Assembly: GCA_049287005.1 (NCBI GenBank)
Contig: JBAQEZ010000002.1
Span: forward strand, 19,268 to 83,267
Reading direction: 5' to 3'
DNA length: 64,000 bases
Source: Candidatus Moraniibacteriota bacterium
GTDB lineage: Bacteria; Patescibacteriota; Minisyncoccia; Moranbacterales; UBA1568
A model generated the notes under the pieces. That model saw only the letters and a list, made by a program, of their open reading frames with translations. It was not told the origin of the DNA and did no database searches. Position numbers and translations under genes: made by a program. Below are positions 19,760 to 29,352 of the stretch, one piece after another; position 1 is the stretch's first letter; every line of letters begins with the position of its first letter.

Positions 19760-21922
19760 TCATCCCTTTTTGAGTTTATGAGGGTTGTGGTTGGGACATT
19801 CTTTTTTGCTGCAGCGTTCCGGGATGGTTTTCGTTCCCTCCATCATTAAAGAGCCACAAAGTTTACATATATTGCCGGTTGGCTTGGCCTTGATGGCGTT
19901 TTTGCAATCGGGATAATCGGAGCAGCTGTAGAAGATGCCGAAGCGGCCGCGGCGCTCGGTCATTTTTCCTTTGCCGCAGGTCGGGCAGGTGATATCGGTC
20001 GAAGGGAGAGCATTCTCATCTTTCTTGATGAATTTGCATTTCGGATAATTGGAACAGGCGATAAATTTTCCGAATTTCCCGGTCCGTTCCATTAATTTCC
20101 CGTCCTTGCACTTGGGGCAGGCTTCGCCGGTTTCTTTGGGCGGCTCGACGATTTTACCTTCGAGGGTGAGCGCGCCGGTGCATTCCGGAAAGCGTGCACA
20201 ACTGAAGAATTTTCCCGAGCGGGCGAGCTTTATGACCATCGGGCCTCCGCAGACAGGGCAGAGCGTGTCCTCCGGCGCGTCGCCCATATTGGTCACTTTG
20301 TCGATCTTGTCCTTGCTCTTCACTTCTTTGGCGAACGGCGTATAGAAGTCGCGGAGCGTCTTTTCATATTCGCGTTCGCCGGCCGCGATCTCATCGAGTT
20401 TGTTTTCCATATCAGCGGTAAAAGTTTCAGATACGATATTTTCGAAATGGGCGAAGAGGAAATCATCGACAACAAGCCCTGTATCGGTAACTTGGAGCGC
20501 TTTGCCAACTTTTTCGACATAGCCGCGATCCTGAATAGTTTTCACGATTGAGGCATAGGTGCTCGGCCGGCCGATGCCGCGCTTCTCAAGCTCTTTGACG
20601 AGACCGGCTTCGGTATAACGCTTGGGCGGTTCCGTCTGTTTCTCTTCGGACTCTATTTTTTCCAAGGCGAGCGGATCCGAAGCGACGACTTGTGGCACTT
20701 CGACATCGTCGCCGCGGGCGGCTGTATCGAGCGCCAACCATCCGGCGAAGAGGAGATGAGAACCGCTCACGGAAAAATTCGGCAGGGCGCAGTCGGTCGT
20801 ATTGGCGATGATTTTCGTGCGCAAAATTTCCGCGTCAGCCATCTGGGAAGCCAGCGTCCTGATCCGAATGAGCGCATAGAGCTTCTTCTCATCCTCAGTG
20901 GAGCCGGCAGTTTTCTTGGTCGAATCCGTCGGTCGGATGGCTTCGTGGGCTTCCTGGGCATTCTTACTCTTTGTTTTGTAGCGGCGGACAGAGAGATATT
21001 TGTCGCCGAATTCTTTCGTCACGGCAGCGATGATTTCCGGCAGAGCCGTTTCGGAGAGTGAGATACTGTCGGTACGCATATAGGTGATGAATCCCTGCTC
21101 ATAGAGTTTTTGCGCGGCGCGCATCGTGCGGGAGGGGGACATGCCGAGACGTGAGCTCCCGGCTTGCTGGAGCGTGGATGTCGTAAAGGGCGCGTACGGA
21201 CGACGGAGTGCTTCCGTGGCCGTCACTTCGACGATTTCCCAGGGTTTTGTTTTCGCGATCTTTAGGATATTTTCCGCTTCCTGCAGCTCTCCTGGCTGTT
21301 TTGTGCAGGTGAAGACGATTTTCTCGTTTTTCTTGGTTGCACATTCGGCCGTGAGGATGTAGTAGGTGACAGGGATGAAGGTCTGGATTTCTTTTTCGCG
21401 CAAGGCCAGAATGTGGAGCGCTGGCGATTGGACGCGTCCGGCCGAGAGGCCATAGCGTACCTTTTTCCATATGAGTCCGGACAGATCGTAGCCGACGAGA
21501 CGATCGAGCACGCGTCTCGCTTCCTGGGCCTTGCGCAGATTCGTGTCGAGTTCGCGAGGGTGAGCGACGGCCTCCTGCACGGCTTTCTCGGTAATTTCGT
21601 AGAAGAGAACGCGTTTGGGGTTTTTGATGTTGCAGGTTTCGGCGACATGCCAAGAAATCGCCTCACCTTCACGGTCGGGGTCGGTAGCGAGGAGAACAGT
21701 ATCGCTTTTTTTCACAAGTGCTTTGATTTCCTTCACGACGGATTCTTTGCCCGGGGAGATGATATAGTGCGGGATGAAACCGCCTGCGATATCGATGGCG
21801 TCTTTGTTCGATTTGGGCAGATCGCGGACGTGGCCGACGGAGGCGACAACTTTGTATTCGCCGTTCAGATATTTTTCGATGGTTTTGGCTTTGGAAGGAG
21901 ACTCTACTATAAGTAACTTCAT
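19760..21922 (-). CDS. topA: DNA topoisomerase I with C-terminal zinc-ribbon repeats
   Basis: TOPRIM start MKLLIVESPSKAKTIEKYL, active-site Tyr region, and four C-x2-C…C-x2-C zinc ribbons at the C-terminus. Start trimmed to the canonical Met. Confidence 0.9.
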   Translation of the reverse strand: MKLLIVESPSKAKTIEKYLNGEYKVVASVGHVRDLPKSNKDAIDIAGGFIPHYIISPGKESVVKEIKALVKKSDTVLLATDPDREGEAISWHVAETCNIKNPKRVLFYEITEKAVQEAVAHPRELDTNLRKAQEARRVLDRLVGYDLSGLIWKKVRYGLSAGRVQSPALHILALREKEIQTFIPVTYYILTAECATKKNEKIVFTCTKQPGELQEAENILKIAKTKPWEIVEVTATEALRRPYAPFTTSTLQQAGSSRLGMSPSRTMRAAQKLYEQGFITYMRTDSISLSETALPEIIAAVTKEFGDKYLSVRRYKTKSKNAQEAHEAIRPTDSTKKTAGSTEDEKKLYALIRIRTLASQMADAEILRTKIIANTTDCALPNFSVSGSHLLFAGWLALDTAARGDDVEVPQVVASDPLALEKIESEEKQTEPPKRYTEAGLVKELEKRGIGRPSTYASIVKTIQDRGYVEKVGKALQVTDTGLVVDDFLFAHFENIVSETFTADMENKLDEIAAGEREYEKTLRDFYTPFAKEVKSKDKIDKVTNMGDAPEDTLCPVCGGPMVIKLARSGKFFSCARFPECTGALTLEGKIVEPPKETGEACPKCKDGKLMERTGKFGKFIACSNYPKCKFIKKDENALPSTDITCPTCGKGKMTERRGRFGIFYSCSDYPDCKNAIKAKPTGNICKLCGSLMMEGTKTIPERCSKKECPNHNPHKLKKG

Positions 21923-22003
21923 AGGGGGCTGATGGAGAATCATTGATGCATGATGCAACAATTTCTTCTTTTATATCACTTATCAATTATCGGGTATCTG
22001 TAC

Positions 22004-23104
22004 TTATAGCTTTATATAATGCATGCCGCCGACGTTCCGTATGAATCCTTTTATCTCGAGCAGTGCCAGCAGGGAACTGACAGACGATGTTTCCAGTCTA
22101 GTCGCTTTGATAATCTTGTCAACGTGAGTGGGCTCATGTGAGAGAAACGTGAGGATATTTTCTTCTTCCCGCGAGCAGGATATATTTTTTAGGAGAGTGG
22201 TGCTTTCGGATGAAGCAAGCGGCTTTGCCGGCAGAGGAAATTCTTCGAGAATATCCTGCACGGAGGTGACTATTTTGGCTCCCGCCCGGATGAGTCGATG
22301 GGTGCCGAGAGAGAGTGGGGAGAAGATAGACCCCGGTACGGCGAACACCTCCCGGTTGTCATCCAGAGCGAGGCTTGCCGTGATGAGGGCGCCGCTTGTT
22401 TCCGGCGCTTCGATTACCAGTGTGCCGAGGGTCATGCCGGCCACAATCCGGTTGCGGGCGGGGAAGGTGCCTTCGTTTACCGGTGTGCCGGGAGGGTATT
22501 CGGAGAGGAGGGCGCCGGCATGCATGACGGCTCTGGCCAGGGACAGGTGCGATTGGGGAGCGATGGACGCGTCATCGATACCGCCGCCCAGTACCGCCAG
22601 TGTTTCGGATCCTGCTTCCAGCGCTGCCTTGTGAGCGATCGAGTCGATACCGAATGCCAACCCGGAAACCACGATGTATCCGGCAGCGGCAAGGTCGGCA
22701 GCGAGACGGTGAGCGGCTTGTCTGCCATAGCTGGTACATTTGCGCGAACCGACGATGGCGATGAGCGGTTTTTCTTCCCAGCCATACGTGCCACGCGTGT
22801 AAAGAATCATCGGAGCATCGGGAATTTCTTTCAAAAGACGCGGATAAGCTGCATCGGTGAATGTGAGTATGTTGATGTTTTGATTGGTGATATTCTCCCA
22901 TTCTTGGTCGGGACGGAGGGAGTCTCTTCCTGAGCTGAGAGCGGCGACCGTTTTCGGGCCGAGTCCTTTTACGGCGAGCAACGCTACCGCATCGGCTTCC
23001 CAGATAGCCTCGGCGCTACCGAAGCGTTCGAGAAGATTGCGCAACGTTTTGTTGCCGATGCCGGGGATGAGACTGAGCGCGTGGAGCAGGGCGGATGAGT
23101 GCAT
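22004..23104 (-). CDS. dprA: DNA processing protein DprA (Smf), Rossmann-fold DNA-binding protein
   Basis: SAM-like N-terminus (LIPGIGNKTLRNLLERFGS), central Rossmann core (GLAFGIDSIAHKAAL…TLAVLGGG), C-terminal winged helix. Located directly upstream of topA, the conserved smf-topA arrangement. Confidence 0.8.
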   Translation of the reverse strand: MHSSALLHALSLIPGIGNKTLRNLLERFGSAEAIWEADAVALLAVKGLGPKTVAALSSGRDSLRPDQEWENITNQNINILTFTDAAYPRLLKEIPDAPMILYTRGTYGWEEKPLIAIVGSRKCTSYGRQAAHRLAADLAAAGYIVVSGLAFGIDSIAHKAALEAGSETLAVLGGGIDDASIAPQSHLSLARAVMHAGALLSEYPPGTPVNEGTFPARNRIVAGMTLGTLVIEAPETSGALITASLALDDNREVFAVPGSIFSPLSLGTHRLIRAGAKIVTSVQDILEEFPLPAKPLASSESTTLLKNISCSREEENILTFLSHEPTHVDKIIKATRLETSSVSSLLALLEIKGFIRNVGGMHYIKL

Positions 23105-23201
23105 ATTCCTTGCATTTTGTTTTTTCTGAGAGAGGTCGGTACCGTTATTGTAACGAGGTTTTTTCTCGTGAGCAAATACGGCCGTAGTAAGGGATTGGAA
23201 G

Positions 23202-23230
23202 TTGACTCCGCGTGTTCTTCTTGGTACAAT
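23202..23230 (+). promoter_or_regulatory. promoter TTGACT-17 bp-TACAAT upstream of the tRNA cluster
   Basis: Near-consensus hexamers with a 17-bp spacer, about 70 nt before tRNA-Ala. Confidence 0.5.
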
Positions 23231-23299
23231 CATTTTACGTTTTGGATCCGTAAAAACGTTTTTTTGTTTGAGCGGGTGCTCCCGTTTTTTTGACGCAAT

Positions 23300-23372
23300 G
23301 GGCCGTTAGCTCATCTGGTAGAGCACCGCATTTGCAATGCGGGGGTGGCAGGTTCGAGTCCTGTACGGTCCA
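23300..23372 (+). tRNA. tRNA-Ala (anticodon TGC)
   Basis: Cloverleaf with anticodon loop TTTGCAA and the G3·U70 alanine identity pair. Confidence 0.85.
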
Positions 23373-23453
23373 CAATTCCCTTCCTTGATTCTTTCTCGCA
23401 TTCGTGTTAGCATGCGAGATGTTATTTTGCAAGGGGATGGGGATATCCAATGG

Positions 23454-23527
23454 GGGTGATTAGCTCAGTTGGTTAGAGCGCTACACTGATAATGTAGAGG
23501 TCCCAAGTTCGAATCTTGGATCACCCA
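23454..23527 (+). tRNA. tRNA-Ile (anticodon GAT)
   Basis: Cloverleaf with anticodon loop CTGATAA. Confidence 0.85.
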
Positions 23528-23640
23528 CAAAACTGCTCAAGGCAGCAATAATCAATAATCAAATTCCAAGAAATAAAAAAACGTGCTATCTTTGGTTGGT
23601 GATTGGATTTTGGCGATTAGCATTTCAAGTGAAGCGATAG

Positions 23641-23695
23641 AGCGGGATAGAGCAGGCTTGGTAAGTCAGCTCGTCTGGTTTGTAACGAAGAGAAG
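23641..23695 (+). pseudogene. decayed partial copy of the 5' half of the downstream initiator tRNA-Met (AGCGGGATAGAGCAGGCTTGGTAAGTCAGCTCGTCTGG…)
   Basis: Strong similarity to positions 1-35 of the tRNA at 23724, but the anticodon and T arms no longer fold. Confidence 0.4.
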
Positions 23696-23723
23696 GGATG
23701 CAGATAAAGTAAGAATCATATAT

Positions 23724-23797
23724 AGCGGGGTAGAGCAGTCTGGCAGCTCGTCTGGCTCATAACCAGAAGGTCGGTGGTTCGAATCCACCCCCCGCAA
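23724..23797 (+). tRNA. initiator tRNA-fMet (anticodon CAT)
   Basis: Near-identical to E. coli tRNA-fMet over most of its length, with A11:U24 and a 1:72 mismatch (A1·A72). Confidence 0.75.
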
Positions 23798-23908
23798 CAA
23801 GCGATAGCGAAGAGAGGAGGGAGCAAACAAACGGTTTTGCTTGCGATGGATGAGAGGGGATTTTTTCAGTTATTTTTATTTTTGATATTTTCACTTTGAA
23901 CTATCTAT

Positions 23909-23982
23909 GCCAGGGTAGCTCAGTTGGTTAGAGCATAGCCTTCATAAGGCTGGGGTCGCGAGTTCGAATCTCGCCCCTGGTA
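23909..23982 (+). tRNA. tRNA with anticodon CAT: elongator tRNA-Met or lysidine-modified tRNA-Ile2 (not resolvable from sequence)
   Basis: Cloverleaf with anticodon loop TTCATAA, a G1·U72 wobble, and three G-C pairs in the anticodon stem. Confidence 0.7.
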
Positions 23983-23999
23983 CAAGCAATTCAAGACAC

Positions 24000-24076
24000 G
24001 GGGGCGTAGCTCAGCTGGTTAGAGCGACTGCCTGTCACGCAGTAGGTCGCCGGTTCGAGTCCGGTCGCTCCCGCCA
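24000..24076 (+). tRNA. tRNA-Asp (anticodon GTC), CCA encoded
   Basis: Cloverleaf with anticodon loop CTGTCAC, ending …CGCTCCCGCCA. Confidence 0.85.
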
Positions 24077-24282
24077 AGAAAATATCTACACTCTGTCGGT
24101 GTGGATATTTTTATGAGATGACTGGGCGAGAAGTTTATTCTTCGGAGGGGTAAATCCGTCCCTCCTTGCCAAGAAAAAAGGGGATTTCCAAGTTCTCTTT
24201 TTTGTTATGGACAGAAACAGGAAATCGTGCTATTATGTACAGTTCATTTGTGAGCATCCCGCTCATACCAACCTGGAGGGAA

Positions 24283-24705
24283 ATGAACATGATCAAGGAA
24301 TTGCATCTGGTGGCGCGTGTGATCTACACTGTTCTCGTCACTCTGTTCTTTTCAAGTATCAGTGGCTTCAGCTTCTCGGCGTCCTTCATGGGCATCGGCT
24401 GGGTCATCTTCCTGATGAGCTTCATGTTTCAGTACTACGTGTTGCATTTCGTGCTCAAACGGAGTGCTAAAACGCCACGAGACAGACTCTACATCCTGAT
24501 TGGGTGGTTCATCGTGTCGGTGGCAGGGATGTTGATTACTGCGTACATGATTCCGTCCTTGACGGAGCTGAGCCAGTACGAAAGTGACAACGCATTCCTT
24601 CACAAGGTGGCGTTGTGGGGCAGCATCTTTGCCGCCTTCGGGTCGGCCTTTGTCGCGATGACCTGCGCTCGTCGCGCATTCACTCGTCATGGAGGCCTTG
24701 GCTGA
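24283..24705 (+). CDS. hypothetical integral membrane protein (about 140 aa, 4 TM)
   Basis: GGAGGG Shine-Dalgarno sequence 3 nt upstream of ATG 24283. Hydrophobic helices. The track ORF extends further upstream. Confidence 0.45.
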   Translation: MNMIKELHLVARVIYTVLVTLFFSSISGFSFSASFMGIGWVIFLMSFMFQYYVLHFVLKRSAKTPRDRLYILIGWFIVSVAGMLITAYMIPSLTELSQYESDNAFLHKVALWGSIFAAFGSAFVAMTCARRAFTRHGGLG

Positions 24706-24744
24706 GGGGTAACACCTCCTCCGCGGGATTCCCGCACCCGATTG

Positions 24745-24782
24745 GCTACTAGGTTTCGACCTGGTAGCCTTTCTTCTTTTTT
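24745..24782 (+). terminator. rho-independent terminator (GCTACTAGG-tttcga-CCTGGTAGC + CTTTCTTCTTTT)
   Basis: 9-bp stem (one G·U pair) followed by a T-rich tract. Confidence 0.5.
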
Positions 24783-24996
24783 ATTGTGCTACGAGCTTTT
24801 CGATTCGTCTGAGTAGCAAGTTGAACTTATCGCTGTTTTCCAGCCATTTCCCGAGAATGATAAGGTAGTAATCGTTCCTTACTGTGTCTCGTCCTCCCCG
24901 CCAAAATAAAAAATACACCCATGGAGCGCGTTTCTTTGTTTTTGGAGAGGATTTTTTTTGGTGCTAGACTGGAAACCATGACACTCTCTTTTCCTT

Positions 24997-25599
24997 ATGC
25001 CACAACAACCTGCTTTTCAGTCGTCAGATCGGATGCATGCGGAGCCTGCTTTGCAGGAACGTTTTCTTTTGCATGTCTGTTGCGCTCCGTGCAGTATCGC
25101 GGTAATTGATGATCTTCGCGTCCAATATGATCTTCGCGTTCTCTTTTACAATCCCAACATCCATCCGGAAGAGGAATATCTGAAACGGAAAAAAGAAGTC
25201 ATCCGTATCTGCGAGGAATGGCAGGTGCCGATGCTTGATTACGATTATGATCCGAGCGCATGGGATGAACAGGTACGCGGACTCGAGGATGAACCGGAAG
25301 GAGGTCTCCGTTGTGCCGCCTGTATCACGATGCGTCTTCTCCGGACGGCGGAGATTGCGAAGGAACAAGGGGTGAGGCTGTTCGGCACGACGCTTACCAT
25401 GGGGCGCAACAAAAGAGCCGTGATGATCACGCCGATCGGTGAAGCGGCTGCGCGCGAGCACGACATCCGGTACTACGCCGAAGATTGGAAGAAAAAGGGG
25501 CGCGAAACGAAAGCGCGAGCCATGGTGAAAGAGCGCGGTATCTATCGTCAGGCGTATTGTGGCTGCCGCTATTCTCTCCGCAACCAGAGGGAAGAATAG
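24997..25599 (+). CDS. queH: epoxyqueuosine reductase QueH (DUF208)
   Basis: Signature LLHVCCAPCS near the N-terminus and additional conserved Cys. About 200 aa. An alternative start exists at the Met 12 codons in. Confidence 0.75.
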   Translation: MPQQPAFQSSDRMHAEPALQERFLLHVCCAPCSIAVIDDLRVQYDLRVLFYNPNIHPEEEYLKRKKEVIRICEEWQVPMLDYDYDPSAWDEQVRGLEDEPEGGLRCAACITMRLLRTAEIAKEQGVRLFGTTLTMGRNKRAVMITPIGEAAAREHDIRYYAEDWKKKGRETKARAMVKERGIYRQAYCGCRYSLRNQREE

Positions 25600-25673
25600 C
25601 GTATATTTTTTCGCCCTTGGCATATCGGCCTAGGACTGGTAAAATCGGGTCAGTATCCATTATCAGAAAATAT

Positions 25674-25931
25674 ATGAGTCTGTTCGAAAAGTTTTTTTCA
25701 TCTAAAAAAGAAGAGGATTTTGTGGAACACCTGCCCGAAGCTCCGGATGTCCAGCCGGGACTGGAAGAAACCCCGATCATTCTGGAAATCGATCATAATA
25801 AGTGGCAAGAGAGTAACCCCGGAGGAGTGAAAGAGATTATCGGCCGTATCAGCGAGGAAGAGGCCGCTGAGAGAGAGCGGCAGAGGATCATCGACAAGAT
25901 CATCGAAGAAAGAGATAACAAAACGAATTAA
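25674..25931 (+). CDS. hypothetical small acidic protein (85 aa)
   Basis: The ORF remaining after trimming the track ORF, whose 5' part overlaps queH. Confidence 0.3.
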   Translation: MSLFEKFFSSKKEEDFVEHLPEAPDVQPGLEETPIILEIDHNKWQESNPGGVKEIIGRISEEEAAERERQRIIDKIIEERDNKTN

Positions 25932-25952
25932 CCTGTGTATTCTGATGCGCCA

Positions 25953-25985
25953 GAACCTGTCATTAAGACAGGTTCTTTACTTTCG
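25953..25985 (+). terminator. rho-independent terminator (GAACCTGTC-attaa-GACAGGTTC + TTTACTTT)
   Basis: Perfect 9-bp stem. Confidence 0.5.
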
Positions 25986-26227
25986 AGGCGTAGCTTGCCT
26001 TTTCGCAAGGAAAGCGTATGCTGGAGCCAGTAAAGGGAGGGATCACCGCAGACAGTGGTCCTTTTACAATTTTGAACCAAGAGAAGGAGAATACCGTGGT
26101 CAAGTCGACGGCAGCGCCGCAACAAAGAAGAAGGAAAATTCCAGTCAGTCCGGCTGCGAAAAAGCCGTCCAGTCTGGTCAGGGGACTGCTGAAACAAGTG
26201 GATCATCTCAGGCCGACCAAGCCGAAA

Positions 26228-27640
26228 ATGACCAAGCTGTTCGTCCTAGATACCAATGTGCTCATGCATGATCCGATGAGCCTCTTCCGGTTTGAGGAGC
26301 ATGACATCTGCATTCCGCTGATGACGCTCGAAGAGCTCGACAACAACAAGCAAGGGCAGTCGGAGGTGGCGCGCAATGCGAGGCAGGCGAGCCGCATGAT
26401 TGATGAGATCCTTGTCGGCTGTGAGCATGCCATCAATGAAGGTATCGGACTTGCCGTCCGATCTCAGGGTGAGGCGACCGGACGGCTCTTTCTCCAGACC
26501 GAGGAGATCGCTGGTGATCTGCTGCAAGGTCTACCGAGTAGGAAGGCTGACAACCAGATTATCGGTGTCACGATGCATCTATCGGAGAAATTTCCGAAGC
26601 GGGAAGTGATCCTGGTGACGAAAGACATCAACATGCGCATCAAGGCTCGCGCGCTGGGACTGGAGGTACAGGACTATTTCAATGACAAGGTCATGGAGGA
26701 CACCGACCTGCTCTACACCGGCGCACGAGAACTGCCAGCCGACTTCTGGGACACTCATGCCAAGGATATGCAGTCCTGGAAACAGGATGGCCACTCCTTC
26801 TACCGCATCCAGGGACCGCTTTGCTCCGACCTGCTCGTCAACGAGTTTGTTTGTCAGGCTGGCGGCGAGCATCCGCTCCACGCTCGGGTGCGTGAGACCA
26901 GCGGCAAGAGTGTCGTTTTGGAAACGCTGACCGATTACCGCAACCACAAGAACGCTGTTTGGGGCATCATGGCGAAGAACCGCGAGCAGAATTTCGCGCT
27001 CAACCTTCTGATGAATCCCGACATCGATTTCGTCACCCTGCTCGGTCAGGCCGGCACCGGCAAGACACTCCTTTCATTGGCGGCTGGACTGGTGCAGGTG
27101 TTTGAACAGAAGCGTTATAGCGAGATCATTTTTACTCGCGTAACGATACCTACCGGTCCCGACATCGGCTTTTTGCCCGGTACCGAGGAAGAAAAGATGC
27201 TTCCGTGGATGGGCGCGATGGAAGATAACCTCGAAGTGCTCGGTGTAGGCGGCAGTTACGATGGCCAGAAAGACGGTGAAAGCAGGCGTTCGGATGATTG
27301 GACCAAAGGGGTAACGATGGATCTGATCCGTCAGCGTCTGAAGGTGAAGTCGCTCAATTTCATGCGCGGCCGCACCTTCCTCGAAAAACTCCTCATCATC
27401 GACGAGGCGCAGAACCTGACGCCCAAGCAGATGAAGACGCTTATCACCCGTGCCGGCCCTGGTACGAAAGTCGTTTGTCTCGGCAACATCGCACAGATCG
27501 ACACGCCTTACCTTACGGAAGGCAGCTCCGGTTTGACGTACGTCGTGGAGCGTTTCAGGGGGTGGCCGCATTCGGGCCATATCACGTTGCAACGCGGCGA
27601 ACGCTCGCGCCTGGCTGATTACGCCGTACTCGTGTTGTAA
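26228..27640 (+). CDS. PhoH2-type protein: N-terminal PIN nuclease domain fused to PhoH-like P-loop ATPase
   Basis: PIN acidic residues (VLDTNVLMHDP…, …EELD…), then Walker A GQAGTGKT and Walker B LIIDEAQN. Start trimmed to ATG 26228. Confidence 0.8.
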   Translation: MTKLFVLDTNVLMHDPMSLFRFEEHDICIPLMTLEELDNNKQGQSEVARNARQASRMIDEILVGCEHAINEGIGLAVRSQGEATGRLFLQTEEIAGDLLQGLPSRKADNQIIGVTMHLSEKFPKREVILVTKDINMRIKARALGLEVQDYFNDKVMEDTDLLYTGARELPADFWDTHAKDMQSWKQDGHSFYRIQGPLCSDLLVNEFVCQAGGEHPLHARVRETSGKSVVLETLTDYRNHKNAVWGIMAKNREQNFALNLLMNPDIDFVTLLGQAGTGKTLLSLAAGLVQVFEQKRYSEIIFTRVTIPTGPDIGFLPGTEEEKMLPWMGAMEDNLEVLGVGGSYDGQKDGESRRSDDWTKGVTMDLIRQRLKVKSLNFMRGRTFLEKLLIIDEAQNLTPKQMKTLITRAGPGTKVVCLGNIAQIDTPYLTEGSSGLTYVVERFRGWPHSGHITLQRGERSRLADYAVLVL

Positions 27641-27734
27641 CCATCGTTTCGTCTTGAGCCCGCTGGAGAATCTTTCCGGTTGGGCTCGTTTTTTTTGTAT
27701 GCTAGGATAGGAACATATATTTTCCTCATATTGT

Positions 27735-29285
27735 ATGACTCAAAAGGAAGCGCTCTCTCTCATCAAAACCGGCGTCAGTGTTTTTTTGACCGGCGAAGCG
27801 GGATCCGGGAAGACGCATATCATCAACCGGTACACGGAGTACTTGCGCGAGCACGAGATCGATTTCGCCGTGACGGCCTCAACCGGTATCGCCGCCACCC
27901 ATATCCACGGGATGACGATCCATTCATGGAGCGGGATCGGTGTCCATCAGGCATTGAATGATGATGATCTGCAACATATCGCCGAAAATCGGTACGTCGC
28001 GAAGCGGATCAAGAAAGCCAAAGTGCTTATCATTGATGAGATTTCCATGCTGGACGGTAATACGCTTACGTTGGTCGAAAGGGTATGCCGCAAAATCCGC
28101 AAATTGCAGCTGCCGTTCGGCGGCCTGCAGGTCGTGCTGGTGGGAGATTTTTTTCAGTTGCCGCCGGTGGCCGCGCAAGGCAGAGGAGTGGAATTCGCTT
28201 TCGATTCGGATGCGTGGCAGGGACTGATGCCGACGGTGTGCTATCTCACCGAGCAGCACCGCCAGGAAGACAGCGTGTTTCTGGGCATCCTCTCCGCCAT
28301 CCGGAACAATACCTTTGATGAGATGCATTTCGAAAGTCTGAGCGGACGGATCATTTCCCCGGCAGAATTGCCGGACGACATGCCGCGTTTGTTTTCGCAC
28401 AATGCGAATGTGGACACAATCAACTCGGCGGAATTGCGCAAGCTGCCCGGGAAAACCCGGCTGTTCGTCATGGCGGTGCGCGGGCCGGAAGCGCTGACGG
28501 ACGCCCTAATCCGTGGCTGTCTCTCGCCGGAACGCCTGGAGCTGAAAGAGGGAGCCACGGTCATGTTTACGAAAAACAATGCTAGTGAGGGTTTCGTGAA
28601 TGGCACGCTCGGTACCGTAGTCAGTTTTGACTCAGAAAAACACTATCCCATCGTGAAGACTTCGGATGGCGCGCGCATCGCGACGGAACCGATGGAATGG
28701 ATGATAGCGGAAGGTGATGAAGTCTTCGCCAAGATCACCCAGCTGCCGCTCCGGCTGGCGTGGGCGATGACCATTCACAAGAGTCAGGGTGTCAGCCTGG
28801 ATTCCGCCGTGATGGATCTCTCGCAGACCTTCGAGTATGGCCAGGGGTATGTCGCGCTCTCGCGGGTGCGCAATTTATCGGGTGTCCATCTGCTTGGGGT
28901 GAATGCGCGCGCCTTCCAAGTGCATCCGCTGGTTTCAGACAAAGATGAACAGTTTCGCGTCGCCTCACTGGTCGCGGAGCATGAGCAGGAAGATCTTTCG
29001 GAAGCAAGACAGAAGGAACTGGAGAAAAATTTCATCACGCTCTCTGGAGGACGCCAGAAAAAAGAGAAAACGGCGAAAAGAAAAAAAGCATCGCTGGACG
29101 GTCAGCCGTTGGAAAAAAATCGTGCCGTGCATCCGCAGGCCTATCAGCGGTGGACTCCGGAAGAAGATGAAAAATTGAGAAAATGCTGGAGCCAGGGCGT
29201 GCAGATCCGCGCCATAGCGGAAACCTTCGGCCGCAAGCGGGGTGCCATCTCTTCCCGTCTCAAGAAGCTGGGATTGTCCCAATAA
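27735..29285 (+). CDS. Pif1/RecD-family SF1 helicase with C-terminal Myb/SANT-like helix-turn-helix
   Basis: Walker A GEAGSGKTH, motif II LIIDEISM, AAA_30/UvrD_C-like core. C-terminus: WTPEEDEKLRKCWSQG…IAETFGRKRGAISSRLKKLGL. Confidence 0.75.
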   Translation: MTQKEALSLIKTGVSVFLTGEAGSGKTHIINRYTEYLREHEIDFAVTASTGIAATHIHGMTIHSWSGIGVHQALNDDDLQHIAENRYVAKRIKKAKVLIIDEISMLDGNTLTLVERVCRKIRKLQLPFGGLQVVLVGDFFQLPPVAAQGRGVEFAFDSDAWQGLMPTVCYLTEQHRQEDSVFLGILSAIRNNTFDEMHFESLSGRIISPAELPDDMPRLFSHNANVDTINSAELRKLPGKTRLFVMAVRGPEALTDALIRGCLSPERLELKEGATVMFTKNNASEGFVNGTLGTVVSFDSEKHYPIVKTSDGARIATEPMEWMIAEGDEVFAKITQLPLRLAWAMTIHKSQGVSLDSAVMDLSQTFEYGQGYVALSRVRNLSGVHLLGVNARAFQVHPLVSDKDEQFRVASLVAEHEQEDLSEARQKELEKNFITLSGGRQKKEKTAKRKKASLDGQPLEKNRAVHPQAYQRWTPEEDEKLRKCWSQGVQIRAIAETFGRKRGAISSRLKKLGLSQ

Positions 29286-29352
29286 ATATTTTCTGATCAC
29301 GCCGCTTGCTTCCATCTGCTATAATGGAGAGGTAATCTATTAAGTCACGCCT

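Noticed and set aside
19625-19849. 74-aa plus-strand ORF
   Set aside because: Overlaps the 3' end of topA on the opposite strand and spans the terminator region; Phe/Arg-rich.
23099-23450. ORFs 23099..23293 (+) and 23235..23450 (-)
   Set aside because: They overlap the tRNA-cluster promoter and tRNA-Ala; non-coding region.
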